This document shows positions 19,957-30,646 of a DNA stretch of 64,000 nt, in pieces (within the stretch, counting starts at the first letter, position 1; every line of letters starts with the position of its first letter). Under the pieces are notes generated by a model that did no database searches, was not told the origin of the DNA, and worked only from the letters and a program-made list of their open reading frames with translations. Source of the stretch: Acidobacteriota bacterium (lineage in GTDB: Bacteria; Acidobacteriota; UBA890). A program made the translations under genes and the position numbers. The stretch covers positions 210,214 to 274,213 of the forward strand of contig CBDCBL010000009.1 in the NCBI GenBank assembly GCA_965214245.1, written 5' to 3'.

Positions 19957-20571
19957 CTATCCCTGCGATCGAGGCCACGAGGCAGCCTCGAGGAACGGTT
20001 GCCACTGCGGGTGTTCATTGCCGTTGGTCGACGCGCTGAGTCCGGGATGCCAGCGCGGCCGCCTCGGGTGATTATGGGGACGCATTCCGGCCTCTTCCGG
20101 CAACCTGTTTCCCTTACGCCGGTTGCACGGAATACACGCCACCACGACGTTGTCCCACGTAGATTCGCCGCCGCGGGAGCGCGGTACCAGGTGGTCGATA
20201 TTGAGCTCGGACTTGCTTCCCTTGTGGCCACAGTACTGGCACCGATAGTGGTCGCGCAAATAGATATTGGCGCGGGTAAACTTGACCCGCGAACGCGGCA
20301 CCCTGTCGAAGTGGCGCAGTTGAATCACCCGCGGAACCAGCAGGCGCGTACTAACGCCGTGAATGAAGTCGGCGTCGGCGCCGTGGTCACCGTTCGACAG
20401 CGTTCGCCAGCCGTCCCAGTCGTGCGCGCCGAAGTCTTCATCGAGCGCCTTCGCACGACCGCCGTAGAGCAAAACGAAGGCCCGGCGAACTGTGGTGATA
20501 TGTACTGCTTGCCACAGCCGGTTCAGAAGGAGGACGTTTTGTCCGAGCATGGCACCCTTGGATCGCTGCAC
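19957..20571 (-). CDS. HNH endonuclease family protein
   Basis: CQYCGHKGSKSELNIDHLVPRSRGGESTWDNVVVACIPCNRRKGN (two CxxC + HNH catalytic motif). Confidence 0.75.
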   Translation of the reverse strand: MQRSKGAMLGQNVLLLNRLWQAVHITTVRRAFVLLYGGRAKALDEDFGAHDWDGWRTLSNGDHGADADFIHGVSTRLLVPRVIQLRHFDRVPRSRVKFTRANIYLRDHYRCQYCGHKGSKSELNIDHLVPRSRGGESTWDNVVVACIPCNRRKGNRLPEEAGMRPHNHPRRPRWHPGLSASTNGNEHPQWQPFLEAASWPRSQG

Positions 20572-20633
20572 ACCAATCCAGGTATCAGAATAGCTGCCGA
20601 GCTCGGACGGGTCTAGCAGGCTTTCATCGCCAG

Positions 20634-21827
20634 CTAGCGTTTGCCGAGGGCTCCGTGTCGCTCGAGGATTTCCAGCACTGCCTCGACCGGCAGAGCTTCG
20701 ACGCGACGGCCCTCGAATCCCTGTACGGTTCGCCCCATGAACAGGCTGTTGTAGATCGCCTCCTCGGTAGCTTCGGCGGCGGCCTGGAACAACGGTGAAA
20801 GACGCCCAGCCTCCAGCGTCCGCGTTGCCGGCACCTGCGGCGCGTCGGGCCCCGTCTGCAACGCCGGGTGCGTCGAGAACGCGATGACGTAGTCACCGCT
20901 GCCGTTGCTGAAGCTTGCTCCCGTCCGCGCCATGCCGGCGAGTGCGCGAAACGCCAGCCGTTCGAGACTGTGTCGATCAAGCGGCGCATCCGTGGCGACC
21001 ACCATCATGCACGAGCCGTCGTCTTCCCCGAGGTCGGCAGGCTGATTCCGGCGGCTTCGCAGTTGGTCACCCACCAGCACGCCGACGATCGTGAGACGGC
21101 CGCCGTAGTTGGTCTGCACCAGGACACCCACCGTCCATTCCTCACCGCGGGCGCTGACGATGCGCGATGAGGTGCCGATCCCGCCCTTGAATCCGAACGC
21201 GCTGGTTCCGGTACCGGCGCCCACCGGACCTTCCTCCACCGGCCCGTCAGCGGCGCTTTCGATGGCGCCGAACACATGCTCGGGCCCGATGGGGCGTCGC
21301 CGGATATCGCTGAGGCCTCCATCATTGGTTTCACCGACCACCGGGTTCACCGAGCGAACGTTCTCGTTGCCGGGAAGGCGGAGCATGTAGCTGATCAGTG
21401 CGTCGGCGACGCGCGGCACGCTCAACGTTCCGGTCAGCAAGATAGGCGTCTCGAGCGTACCGAGCTCCTGCACCTGGCTGAGCCCGGCGAGCTTGCCGAA
21501 GCCGTTACCCACCACGATGGCGGCAGGCACCTTGCGGCGGAACATGTTGCCGTCGTGCGGCAGGATGGCGGTCACGCCGGTACGCAGATCATCGCCCTCC
21601 CAAATCGTCGTGTGCCCGACCCGCACGCCGGCGACGTCCGTGATGGCATTCCGCGCCCCCGGATCCATGACGCCGGGAATGACGTTGAGGTCTCGCGCTC
21701 GACCTCGGGTTTGAGGCGGTGTGGGCGCTGCCGACGAAGCGAGACCGGGGCGCGGCAGCAAGGTGACGCTGCCGAGGCAGAACAGGATGAAAAGGATGGA
21801 AACGACGTGATGGGTCTTAGGCTTCAT
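20634..21827 (-). CDS. DmpA/ArgJ-fold peptidase S58 family (L-aminopeptidase/D-esterase), secreted
   Basis: Signal peptide; GVRVGHTT...GTGTSAFGFKGGIGTSSR typical of DmpA. Confidence 0.7.
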   Translation of the reverse strand: MKPKTHHVVSILFILFCLGSVTLLPRPGLASSAAPTPPQTRGRARDLNVIPGVMDPGARNAITDVAGVRVGHTTIWEGDDLRTGVTAILPHDGNMFRRKVPAAIVVGNGFGKLAGLSQVQELGTLETPILLTGTLSVPRVADALISYMLRLPGNENVRSVNPVVGETNDGGLSDIRRRPIGPEHVFGAIESAADGPVEEGPVGAGTGTSAFGFKGGIGTSSRIVSARGEEWTVGVLVQTNYGGRLTIVGVLVGDQLRSRRNQPADLGEDDGSCMMVVATDAPLDRHSLERLAFRALAGMARTGASFSNGSGDYVIAFSTHPALQTGPDAPQVPATRTLEAGRLSPLFQAAAEATEEAIYNSLFMGRTVQGFEGRRVEALPVEAVLEILERHGALGKR

Positions 21828-21947
21828 GGAATTCCTCGCGGTTGGTTGGCGCCTGAATTATACAGACCGCCCGGGCGTGGTCCGTATTAACGGTGTATCG
21901 TTTGCGTATGAGTATTTACACAGCCCTGTGAACAACGGTGAGCAGCG

Positions 21948-22490
21948 ATGTCTGAGGTCCGACAGGGTCCGGTCTCCCCCGTCTCGCCAACCGAGCGTGA
22001 CGAAATCAACCGGCTCATCTCGTATGTCGAGGCCGAAGTGCCCGACGTCTATCGCACGGTAGTGCTCGACTACCTGCTTCGCCTCCGGTCGCCGTTCACA
22101 GCGACTTCGGCTCCTGCTTGGCAGCCTGATGGTAACGCCGTCGAGGCGACAGTAGATGATTCCGCGGCCCGCCACTCCGTTGACGTGTCGATCTACGACT
22201 CCCTGTTGGCGCGCCGTGGCGAACCACTGCTGAAGTCGTTGGCGGCGCTGCACGCAAGCGAGACGCAGCTGGAGGTTCGGTGGATGACACCGGCGGAGAT
22301 TACGTTCTTCCTGCGCGACATTGCCGGCGTGACCTCGGCATACCGCTCGAACATCAGCAATGCCCTGCGACGGGAGCCGGCGTTGGTTGTGCGCCGCCCG
22401 CGGGGGCGTGGGTACGAGTACGGTCTGACGCGCCGCGGCCACTCCTACCTGAAGCGTCGCTTGCGACTCGTGGATGCCGACGGAGGTTGA
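21948..22490 (+). CDS. hypothetical protein (basic C-terminus, possible DNA binding)
   Basis: 180-aa ORF, protein-like; no family recognised; followed by paired palindromes. Confidence 0.45.
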   Translation: MSEVRQGPVSPVSPTERDEINRLISYVEAEVPDVYRTVVLDYLLRLRSPFTATSAPAWQPDGNAVEATVDDSAARHSVDVSIYDSLLARRGEPLLKSLAALHASETQLEVRWMTPAEITFFLRDIAGVTSAYRSNISNALRREPALVVRRPRGRGYEYGLTRRGHSYLKRRLRLVDADGG

Positions 22491-22505
22491 TGCCCGACCG
22501 ACCCG

Positions 22506-22569
22506 ATGTCGGCGCGCCGACATTGTGCGGTGGCCTCGACCATGCTGCCGATGTCGGCGTGCCGACATC
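22506..22569. repeat. two near-identical GC-rich palindromes (ATGTCGGCGCGCCGACAT at 22506-22523; GATGTCGGCGTGCCGACATC at 22550-22569) 14 and 57 bp past the parB stop
   Basis: Read directly; 9-bp arms identical in both copies, 44 bp apart, no U-tract. Confidence 0.55.
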
Positions 22570-22575
22570 AGGAGA

Positions 22576-23419
22576 TCACGACGAGGGCTCAAGCTCGTCG
22601 ATCGCCTCGCGTAGGGTCTGCTGGATCTCGGACACGGTGACCTCGGGGCGGCTGAGATACAGGGTCACGGTGATTCCGGTGCCGGACCGATAGGTGATCC
22701 GCCGACCACCCTTGGGTGCTCCATCCCCCTTGCCGCGCGGAGCGGGCTCCGCGGCGGCGTCGCCGCGGCGCAGGGCACGCAGTTGGTCGCGCGTCAGACC
22801 TTCGCTGACGATGCGTTCGACCAGAGCGGCCTGTTCTTTCCCGTCGGCGGTGCGAGCCACTTCCAATAGTATGGACTTGGTTTGCACCTCGGCCGCCTCC
22901 AGGCGATCGCGCAGCGCCGCCGGAATGTCCTTGAGAGAAAGCGTCTCGGTGACACTGGTGCGCGCCTTGCCGATCTTCTGAGCGACTTGATCATGCGTGT
23001 AGTCGAAGCGCTCGACCAAGGCCTGAAGACCCTCGGCCTCCTCGAACGGCGACAGGTCTTGCCGCTGCAGGTTCTCAATCAGTGCGATGACCAGCACGTG
23101 GGCCTCGTCGACATCGAGGACAACGCAGGGCAGCTTGTCGAGTCCGGCTTCCGCCGCAGCGCGGTAGCGCCGCTCGCCGGAGATGATCTGGAATCCGTCC
23201 GGGCAATGCCGCACCAGCAAGGGTTCGAGAACGCCGACCTCGCGGATCGATGCCACGAGCTCGTCAATCGCCTCGAATCTCTGGCGAGGCTGATGCGGAT
23301 TCGGAACCAGTACGCTGATCGCGATGTTCTCGCCGATGGCTTCCGTGTCACGTGCCACCAACTGTTCGACAAAGTGGTGATCGTGACGCATTCTGACTGT
23401 TGTGGGCAGACCGCGCTGC

Positions 23420-23427
<8 letters not shown>
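22576..23427 (-). CDS. parB: ParB/Spo0J partition protein
   Basis: ParB box ISGERRYRAA, HTH, C-terminal dimerisation; overlaps parA by 8 nt. Confidence 0.9.
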
Positions 23428-24175
<748 letters not shown>

Positions 24176-24309
24176 GCCGCCGCCAATGAAGAACTCGGGG
24201 TCACCGAAAGGGTTCGAAACTGTCCACCAGACGTGCCCCCGGGGGTGCTACCGGCCAGCAGCGGCATGCTAGACGTGGCGGTCAGGGGTGTCAAGCGTCC
24301 CTACCGGCC

Positions 24310-24795
24310 TCACATCTCGTACTTCGAGAAGTCCTCGGGGTCCAGACTTTCGAACCACCTCCGCAGGCGCTCGGAGTCCGACATCTCGCCGTCGTCGTCG
24401 AGGGTGCGCGACTGTTCGAGCACCGATTGCTCGACAAAAATGGGGGCGTCGGTGCGCAGGGCCAGGGCAATGGCGTCGCTGGGTCGCGAGTCAATCTGCT
24501 CGTTGCCACCGTTGACCAGCAGGTGGATGCGCGCGAAGTACGTATTGTCCTTGAGGTCCGAGACGACAATCCGCTCCACTTTGACATCGAGTGTATCGAG
24601 CAGATTGCTGAGCAAGTCGTGGGTCATCGGCCGCGGCGTGTCGATCTTCTCGATCCGCAGAGCGATGGCATTGGCTTCGAAGATTCCGACCCAAATCGGC
24701 AGGACGCGATCCTCCCCCTCGTCTTTGAGGATCACGATGGGCATATTGGTCACCGGATCGACGATCAAGCCCTTGATCTTCATCTCGATTTCCAT
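24310..24795 (-). CDS. bifunctional nuclease family protein (DUF151/BFN domain)
   Basis: 161 aa; LPIWVGIFEANAIA...SRPSDAIALALR characteristic of DUF151. Confidence 0.7.
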   Translation of the reverse strand: MEIEMKIKGLIVDPVTNMPIVILKDEGEDRVLPIWVGIFEANAIALRIEKIDTPRPMTHDLLSNLLDTLDVKVERIVVSDLKDNTYFARIHLLVNGGNEQIDSRPSDAIALALRTDAPIFVEQSVLEQSRTLDDDGEMSDSERLRRWFESLDPEDFSKYEM

Positions 24796-24824
24796 CGCAC
24801 TCTCCGCGCAAAGGACACTGATTC

Positions 24825-24917
24825 GACTATAGGGGCGGGCTATCGAGCGGTCAAGGAATCTGCAGTCGACTATATGGGTCTGGGGCGGGCTATCGAGCGG
24901 TCAAGGAATCTGCAGTC
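24825..24917. repeat. tandem direct repeat, 43-bp + 50-bp units sharing an identical 36-bp core GGGGCGGGCTATCGAGCGGTCAAGGAATCTGCAGTC
   Basis: Read directly in the 133-bp spacer between miaB stop and the DUF151 gene start. Confidence 0.65.
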
Positions 24918-24928
24918 ACCACGGCCTG

Positions 24929-26323
24929 CTAGTGCGGCGTTCCGGCCAGCGCACCGTGCAGGCTATGCGCCGCGGGGCGCGTAATCTCGACGTCGACGAG
25001 GTGCCCGATCAGCCCCGCGTCGCCGCGAAAGTTGACGATGTGATTGGTCGGCGTGCGACCGCTTACCTCGTCGTTCGACTGCTTGCTGAAGCTATCGACC
25101 AGCACCTCCACCGTTTTGCCGGTCCACGCCGCGTTCTTGTCGGCCTGGATGTCGCGCTGCAGATTCTGCAGCTCCACGAGACGGCGCCGCTTGTCCGCCG
25201 GCGCCACCGAGTCTTCGTACGTGAGCGCGCCCGTACCGGGCCGCGGTGAGTACTCGAAAGAGTAAAAGAAGTCGTAGCGGGCACGGCGCACCAGCTCCAT
25301 CGTCGCCGCGAAATCCTCTTCGGATTCGCCCGGAAACCCGACGATCAAATCGGTCGACAGACCGACCCCCGGCACCGCCTCACGCAGCCGCTCGACCAGC
25401 TGCAAGTACTCGGAGCGGGTGTAATGCCGGTTCATCCGGCTCAACACCCGATCTGATCCCGACTGCACCGGCAGGTGCAAATGCTCGGCGATCGTCGGGC
25501 ACTCGGCCATGGCCTCGATGAGGCGGGGCGACAGGTCCTTGGGGTGCGACGTCAAGAACCGTATGCGCTCGATACCGGAACCGTCGCCGGCGGTGAACCG
25601 CGCATCGAGAAGCTGCAACAGGCCGGGGAAGTCGAGATCGCCGTCGGGATCGACCCACGAGTTCACGTTCTGACCGAGCAGCGTAACCTCGCGGTAACCC
25701 CGCAGGCCGAGGCCGGTAATTTCATCGACGATATCGGGGGCGCTACGGTAGATCTCCATGCCGCGGGTCGATGGAACGATACAAAAGGAGCAATAGTTGT
25801 TGCAGCCCTCCATGATCGTGACGAATGCCTTGACCCGATCCGAGCGTTCCGCATCGGTGGCGTCGAAGTCGATGTAGTCTTCGGTGACAACCTGCGGCGC
25901 GTCGCCCGAATCGAGTGCTTCGAGCACCTGCGGCAGGGAACGGATGGCGCGCGTGCCGAGAACGAAATCGACGCTGGCCTCGCGCTCGAGAATCCCTTCG
26001 CCACGCTGCTGGGCGATACACCCGGTGACCCCGATCTTGACCGGCGCCCGCGAGCCGTCACGCCGTGGCAATTTCAGTCGGCGCAACCGGCCGAGCTCGG
26101 AAAACAGCTTTTCCTCGGCCTTCTCGCGCACGCTGCACGTGTTGACGAGGATGACGTCGGCATCGTCAGGTGAGTCCGCCGGCACATACCCGAGCCTGCG
26201 CAACTGGCCGGCGTAGATCTCGGAGTCGTGCACGTTCATCTGACAGCCGTATGTGCGAATCCAGTACCGCGGGGCCGCCGCCTGGGGTATACACGCGCTC
26301 AGGGCCAGATCTGTCTCGTTCAT
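24929..26323 (-). CDS. miaB: tRNA-2-methylthio-N6-dimethylallyladenosine synthase MiaB (radical SAM MTTase)
   Basis: RYWIRTYGCQMN..., CNNYCSFCIVP radical-SAM CxxxCxxC, TRAM domain; start at MNETDL (26323). Confidence 0.9.
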   Translation of the reverse strand: MNETDLALSACIPQAAAPRYWIRTYGCQMNVHDSEIYAGQLRRLGYVPADSPDDADVILVNTCSVREKAEEKLFSELGRLRRLKLPRRDGSRAPVKIGVTGCIAQQRGEGILEREASVDFVLGTRAIRSLPQVLEALDSGDAPQVVTEDYIDFDATDAERSDRVKAFVTIMEGCNNYCSFCIVPSTRGMEIYRSAPDIVDEITGLGLRGYREVTLLGQNVNSWVDPDGDLDFPGLLQLLDARFTAGDGSGIERIRFLTSHPKDLSPRLIEAMAECPTIAEHLHLPVQSGSDRVLSRMNRHYTRSEYLQLVERLREAVPGVGLSTDLIVGFPGESEEDFAATMELVRRARYDFFYSFEYSPRPGTGALTYEDSVAPADKRRRLVELQNLQRDIQADKNAAWTGKTVEVLVDSFSKQSNDEVSGRTPTNHIVNFRGDAGLIGHLVDVEITRPAAHSLHGALAGTPH

Positions 26324-26436
26324 GATCGGTACAAAGGTCCGCGAATTGCCCCGTCGCCGGCATCGAGGGGATGGCGCCACCAGCTGTTTCTTCTGAGGAT
26401 CTCGCCACCGGTTTGTTTCCTCAGTAGAAAGGAGAA

Positions 26437-27084
26437 CTATAGCAGCCCCAGCAGCGCTTCGATTTCATCCGCCGCAACGGCTCCGGCGCGCCGTATGAGC
26501 GGCTCATCGGTGGTCAGGTCGAGCAGCGTCGAGGGCTCTCCACCGGGCGTCGTGCCGGCGTCGAGGATGTGCATCGCCGTTTCGCCGAAGCCGCGCCTCA
26601 CGCCGGCGGCATCGACCGCGGGAGGGCCGCTCGTAGGATTGGCGGACGTCCCGGTGAGCGCCCCACCGCACCGGCCGATCAGCGCGCGCGCCACCGGATG
26701 AGAGGTCAGGCGCAACGCCACTGTATTTCCCCCACCCGTGATCGGTGCGGGCACGTCTGCCGCGGCGCGCAGGATGACGGTCAACGGACCCGGCCAGAAT
26801 CGCTCGGCCAACTCGGCAAACCGTACCGGGGCCTCGACAACCCAATCGTCAACCCGCTCGAGGCGATCGATCAACAGCAACAGGGGCTTGGTGGCGGAGT
26901 CCCTGCCCTTCAGACGAAGTACTTGCTGCAAGGCGGGTCCACTGCCGGGATGGGCGCCGAGCGCGTAAAAGGTCTCGGTCGGATAGGCCACGACCTCCCC
27001 ATCGCGGAGTGCCGCCGCGGCAGCCTCCAGGTCGGACTGTTCGGCTTTGCCATGCGTCGTACTGCTGGTGTAGATTTCGCCCAT
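26437..27084 (-). CDS. tsaC: L-threonylcarbamoyladenylate synthase TsaC/YrdC
   Basis: VVAYPTETFYALGAHP...KGRDSATKPLLLLI...RLTSHPVARAL. Confidence 0.8.
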   Translation of the reverse strand: MGEIYTSSTTHGKAEQSDLEAAAAALRDGEVVAYPTETFYALGAHPGSGPALQQVLRLKGRDSATKPLLLLIDRLERVDDWVVEAPVRFAELAERFWPGPLTVILRAAADVPAPITGGGNTVALRLTSHPVARALIGRCGGALTGTSANPTSGPPAVDAAGVRRGFGETAMHILDAGTTPGGEPSTLLDLTTDEPLIRRAGAVAADEIEALLGLL

Positions 27085-27110
27085 CGCTGTCTCCTGCCCC
27101 CAACTTTCGC

Positions 27111-28484
27111 ATGGTACCCGACGAGACCGACCGCCTGTTCGAAGAGCTCGACTTGTCGACGCCGTCGCCGCTTGCCGAGCGTATGCGACCCCGCACCGTG
27201 GACGAGTTCATCGGCCAGGCACACGTCGCCGCCCCCGGAAAGCTGGTGCGCCAAATCATCGACGGTGCCGAGCTTGCGTCGATTGTCTTGTGGGGCCCGC
27301 CGGGGAGCGGCAAGACGACGCTGGCGCGGATCATCGCCAACGCCACGCAAGCTGATTTCGTGGCCCTCTCGGCGGTTCTGTCAGGCGTCCGCGAAGTACG
27401 CTCAGTGGCCCAAGACGCCGCCCGCCACCGGCGGCTCGGCCGCCGTACGATTCTCTTCATCGACGAGATCCATCGCTTCAACAAGGCGCAGCAAGACGCC
27501 TTTCTCCCCTTTCTCGAGACCGGTGACCTGGTCCTGATCGGGGCGACGACCGAGAACCCGGCATTGGAGCTCGTCTCTCCCCTGCTGTCGCGGTGCCGTG
27601 TCATCCAGCTACAGGCGTTGAGCGCCGACGACCTGAAACAGATTCTGCGCCGGGCGCTCGACAGCGAGTCACCGCGCGGACTCGGAGGTGTGGGCGTCGC
27701 GTCCGCCGACGAGCTGCTCGAGGACATCGCCGTATTTGCCGACGGCGACGCCCGGGTGGCCCTTACAACGTTGGAGATTGCCGCCAACATCGCGCTGCGT
27801 GGCGACGGCGTGATCGGCGCGGAAGCGGCAAAGGAGGCCATGCAGAGCCGAATGGTGCGCTTCGACAAAGGCGGCGAGGAACACTTCAATCTGATTTCCG
27901 CGGTACACAAGAGCATCCGCAACAGCGACGCGGACGCGGCGCTGTACTGGTTGGTGCGCATGCTCGAAGGCGGTGTCGAGCCCCGTTACGTGGCGCGCCG
28001 GCTCATTCGCATCGCCTCCGAAGACATCGGCCTGGCGGCGCCACAAGCGTTACCGGTGGCCCTGGCGGCGTTCGATGCCGTCGAGCGGATCGGCCTGCCG
28101 GAGTGCAATCTGGCGCTGGTTCAGGCCACCGTCTATCTTGCCCTTGCGCCGAAAAGCAACGCGTTGTACCGCGCCTACGCTGCGGCCCGTGCCGACGTCA
28201 CGGAGGGTGAAAACCCGCCCGTTCCGATGCATCTACGCAATGCGGTTACCCCTTTGCCCGGCGAGTGGGGGTACGGCGATGGCTACCGGTATGCCCACGA
28301 CGAGGAGGACGGCGTCAGCGACATGAGCTGCCTGCCGGAACGATTGGCGGAGCGTGCCTACTACGAGCCTACCGACCGTGGTTTCGAGGCGGAGCTGGCC
28401 GAACGCTTGCGCCGCTTGGTGGAGCAGCGCCGAGCGGCGCGCGACGCGCGCCCTTCCCCATCCCCGCGGAACAAGACCCGCTAA
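27111..28484 (+). CDS. rarA: replication-associated recombination protein A (RarA/MgsA AAA+ ATPase)
   Basis: LWGPPGSGKTTLARIIA Walker A, FIDEIHRFNK, C-terminal MgsA helical domain; start at MVPDETDRL. Confidence 0.85.
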   Translation: MVPDETDRLFEELDLSTPSPLAERMRPRTVDEFIGQAHVAAPGKLVRQIIDGAELASIVLWGPPGSGKTTLARIIANATQADFVALSAVLSGVREVRSVAQDAARHRRLGRRTILFIDEIHRFNKAQQDAFLPFLETGDLVLIGATTENPALELVSPLLSRCRVIQLQALSADDLKQILRRALDSESPRGLGGVGVASADELLEDIAVFADGDARVALTTLEIAANIALRGDGVIGAEAAKEAMQSRMVRFDKGGEEHFNLISAVHKSIRNSDADAALYWLVRMLEGGVEPRYVARRLIRIASEDIGLAAPQALPVALAAFDAVERIGLPECNLALVQATVYLALAPKSNALYRAYAAARADVTEGENPPVPMHLRNAVTPLPGEWGYGDGYRYAHDEEDGVSDMSCLPERLAERAYYEPTDRGFEAELAERLRRLVEQRRAARDARPSPSPRNKTR

Positions 28485-28494
28485 AAAATACGGG

Positions 28495-30234
28495 CTAACC
28501 CCTCCAGCGCAGCAACATCAGCGTCACGTCGTCGCCGCGCGGGCTGGCTCCACGAAAGGCTCGCGCATCGTGTCGCACGGCGGCGATAATCTCGCTGACG
28601 GGGCGCTCACGCTCGTCCTTGATCAGCCGGGACAAGCGCTCGAGCCCGAAATCCTCACCCTCCTGATTGTACATCTCCGTGAGTCCATCGGTGTAAAAGA
28701 CAATCAGGTCCCCGGCATCGAGGTCGATGGATCGTTCCTCGTACGCGGCGCCGGCGAACGCTCCGATGATCAGACCCGTGCTGTCGAGCTGCTCCGCGAC
28801 GTTCGCCCCGATACGTAGCGGCGGCGCGTGGCCGCCATTGCTGTACACCAAGTGCCCGGAGCCCGTATCGAGATGCGCCAATACCGCGGCGACGTACTGA
28901 TTGGCAGGTGTCGACTCGTACAGCAACCTGTTGAGCCGCGTTGCCAGAGCCGCCGGCTGGGCGTCGGCGCCGCTGAATCGAACGGCGCTACGTACCGCCG
29001 ACATCAGCAAAGACGCCGACAAGCCATGTCCCGAAACGTCGGCGAGCGCCAGGCGAAGGCACCCTTGCTCCGTCCAAAAATAGTCGAAGTAGTCGCCACC
29101 TACTACGTTCGAGGCCACGTTCACGCCCATCACGTCGACGCGATCGTCGGACAGGTGCTCGGCGGGTAGCGCCGCCGCCTGAATCTCGCGGGCCAGCTCG
29201 AGCTCGTGGTCCAGTCGTGACCTTTCAACGTCGCGCTGATACAGGCGGGCGTTGGTGATCGCCGAAGCCACATGACCGCCGAAGATCTCCATCAAACCAA
29301 CCTGCCGATCGCTGTATGCTGCGCCGGCGTCGGACTCGACGGTGATCACGCCGATAACCTCGTTAGCGCGCAGAATGGGTACCGCTACCTCCGATCGGGT
29401 GCTGGGGCGGACCTCGATGTAACGCGGGTCCTCTTTGACGCGGCCGGCATTGACGCTGGTCTTGTGGCGCGCCACCCACCCGGTGATCCCGGTGCCCGGC
29501 TCCTCGTTCAGCCGTAACACCACGTCGGGTGGATAGCCGCGATGCTGCACGTCGGTGAACTTGCCGGTTTCGCTGTCGAGCAGGTATACGCCCACGGCGT
29601 CGTAGGGCACCAGCTCGGCCAGCGTTGTCAGCAGCGCCGCAAGCACCTGGTCGAGATCGAGCGTTCCGCCGACGGCGCGTGCCGCATCGAGAAGCAGCTC
29701 GCGCTCGCGGACGTCCTTCTGCAACTGTTCGATCAGTCGAGCGTTCTCCACAGCCACGGCGAGCTCATCGCCAACCGCCATGAGGAATTGCAAGTCGTCT
29801 TCGGCGAAAGGCTCCGGACGCTCACGAATGCCCTCGATCAGGCCGTTCAACACCTCTCGCCGCCGCATCGGCACCGCGATGAGCGCCCGGGCCCGGGTAC
29901 CGAACTCAGAATCCAGCTTGCCCTCGTAACGCGGCTCATCCGCAACGTCGTCGACCATGACCGGCTCGCCGGTGTCGAGCACGTAGCCACTGATGCCGAG
30001 GTCAACACTTACCGCCCCACGTTCCATCGCGCCGCCGCGCCGGGCGAAGGACACCTGCAGGTCCTGGGCTTCCTGACGCTCAGCGGCGGTGATGAAAATG
30101 GACACCGCGTCGGCGCCGATCGCCTCACCGATCAGCTCCAAGACCCGCCCGACGGCCGTTTCGAGCGTCAACGACGCGTTCAAGGCCCGGGCTATCGAAA
30201 GCATCACCGCTTCGCGCTCGATCACGCTCATCAA
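28495..30234 (-). CDS. GAF-GAF-PP2C (SpoIIE/RsbU-like) serine phosphatase
   Basis: Two GAF domains followed by PPM phosphatase motifs (GGDYFDYF...DVSGHGLSA...FYTDGLTE). Confidence 0.8.
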   Translation of the reverse strand: MMSVIEREAVMLSIARALNASLTLETAVGRVLELIGEAIGADAVSIFITAAERQEAQDLQVSFARRGGAMERGAVSVDLGISGYVLDTGEPVMVDDVADEPRYEGKLDSEFGTRARALIAVPMRRREVLNGLIEGIRERPEPFAEDDLQFLMAVGDELAVAVENARLIEQLQKDVRERELLLDAARAVGGTLDLDQVLAALLTTLAELVPYDAVGVYLLDSETGKFTDVQHRGYPPDVVLRLNEEPGTGITGWVARHKTSVNAGRVKEDPRYIEVRPSTRSEVAVPILRANEVIGVITVESDAGAAYSDRQVGLMEIFGGHVASAITNARLYQRDVERSRLDHELELAREIQAAALPAEHLSDDRVDVMGVNVASNVVGGDYFDYFWTEQGCLRLALADVSGHGLSASLLMSAVRSAVRFSGADAQPAALATRLNRLLYESTPANQYVAAVLAHLDTGSGHLVYSNGGHAPPLRIGANVAEQLDSTGLIIGAFAGAAYEERSIDLDAGDLIVFYTDGLTEMYNQEGEDFGLERLSRLIKDERERPVSEIIAAVRHDARAFRGASPRGDDVTLMLLRWRG

Positions 30235-30610
30235 TTCAACCGTTTTCCACTAGTGGACTAAATGCCCGGTCTGCCTTTGATGGCAAGGGTTTACGAGGAA
30301 CGCACAGTCTACGCGAGGTCTCCGCGAATGGGTAGTTTTGGGCTATTTTTGGTATCAGTCTAGTTGGGCTTTCGTCCCCGAGCACCGACACCCCGCCGCG
30401 CTGACGCCCCCGGCCCGGAAGCTCAAGGCGTCACCGAACGTCCGTGTACGCATGTCGGTTTGCCAAACATCGGGGGCCGCCCGGCGAGGTGCTCCCCGGC
30501 CAGGTGGGCAGGCGTGAGCGAGCGCGAGCTGACGTCAGCCATGCACCCCGGGTGGGGGGTTTTAACTTCAAGGGGTGCGGGCGGGCGAGTACCCGTCCAG
30601 GCTTCAGAGC

Positions 30611-30646
30611 GCGACAAAAACGAAACGGGGTTAAGGCCCCCGTCGC
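30611..30646 (-). terminator. candidate intrinsic terminator downstream of the PilZ gene
   Basis: Minus strand reads ACGGGGGCC-UUAA-CCCCGU followed by UUUCGUUUUUG (stem 5-6 bp, U-rich tail). Confidence 0.4.

Noticed and set aside
24855-24870. Adjacent PstI/SalI sites (CTGCAGTCGAC) in the tandem repeat, reminiscent of a cloning polylinker
   Set aside because: No flanking vector sequence (lacZ, ori, bla). Sites are part of a native tandem repeat; coincidence.
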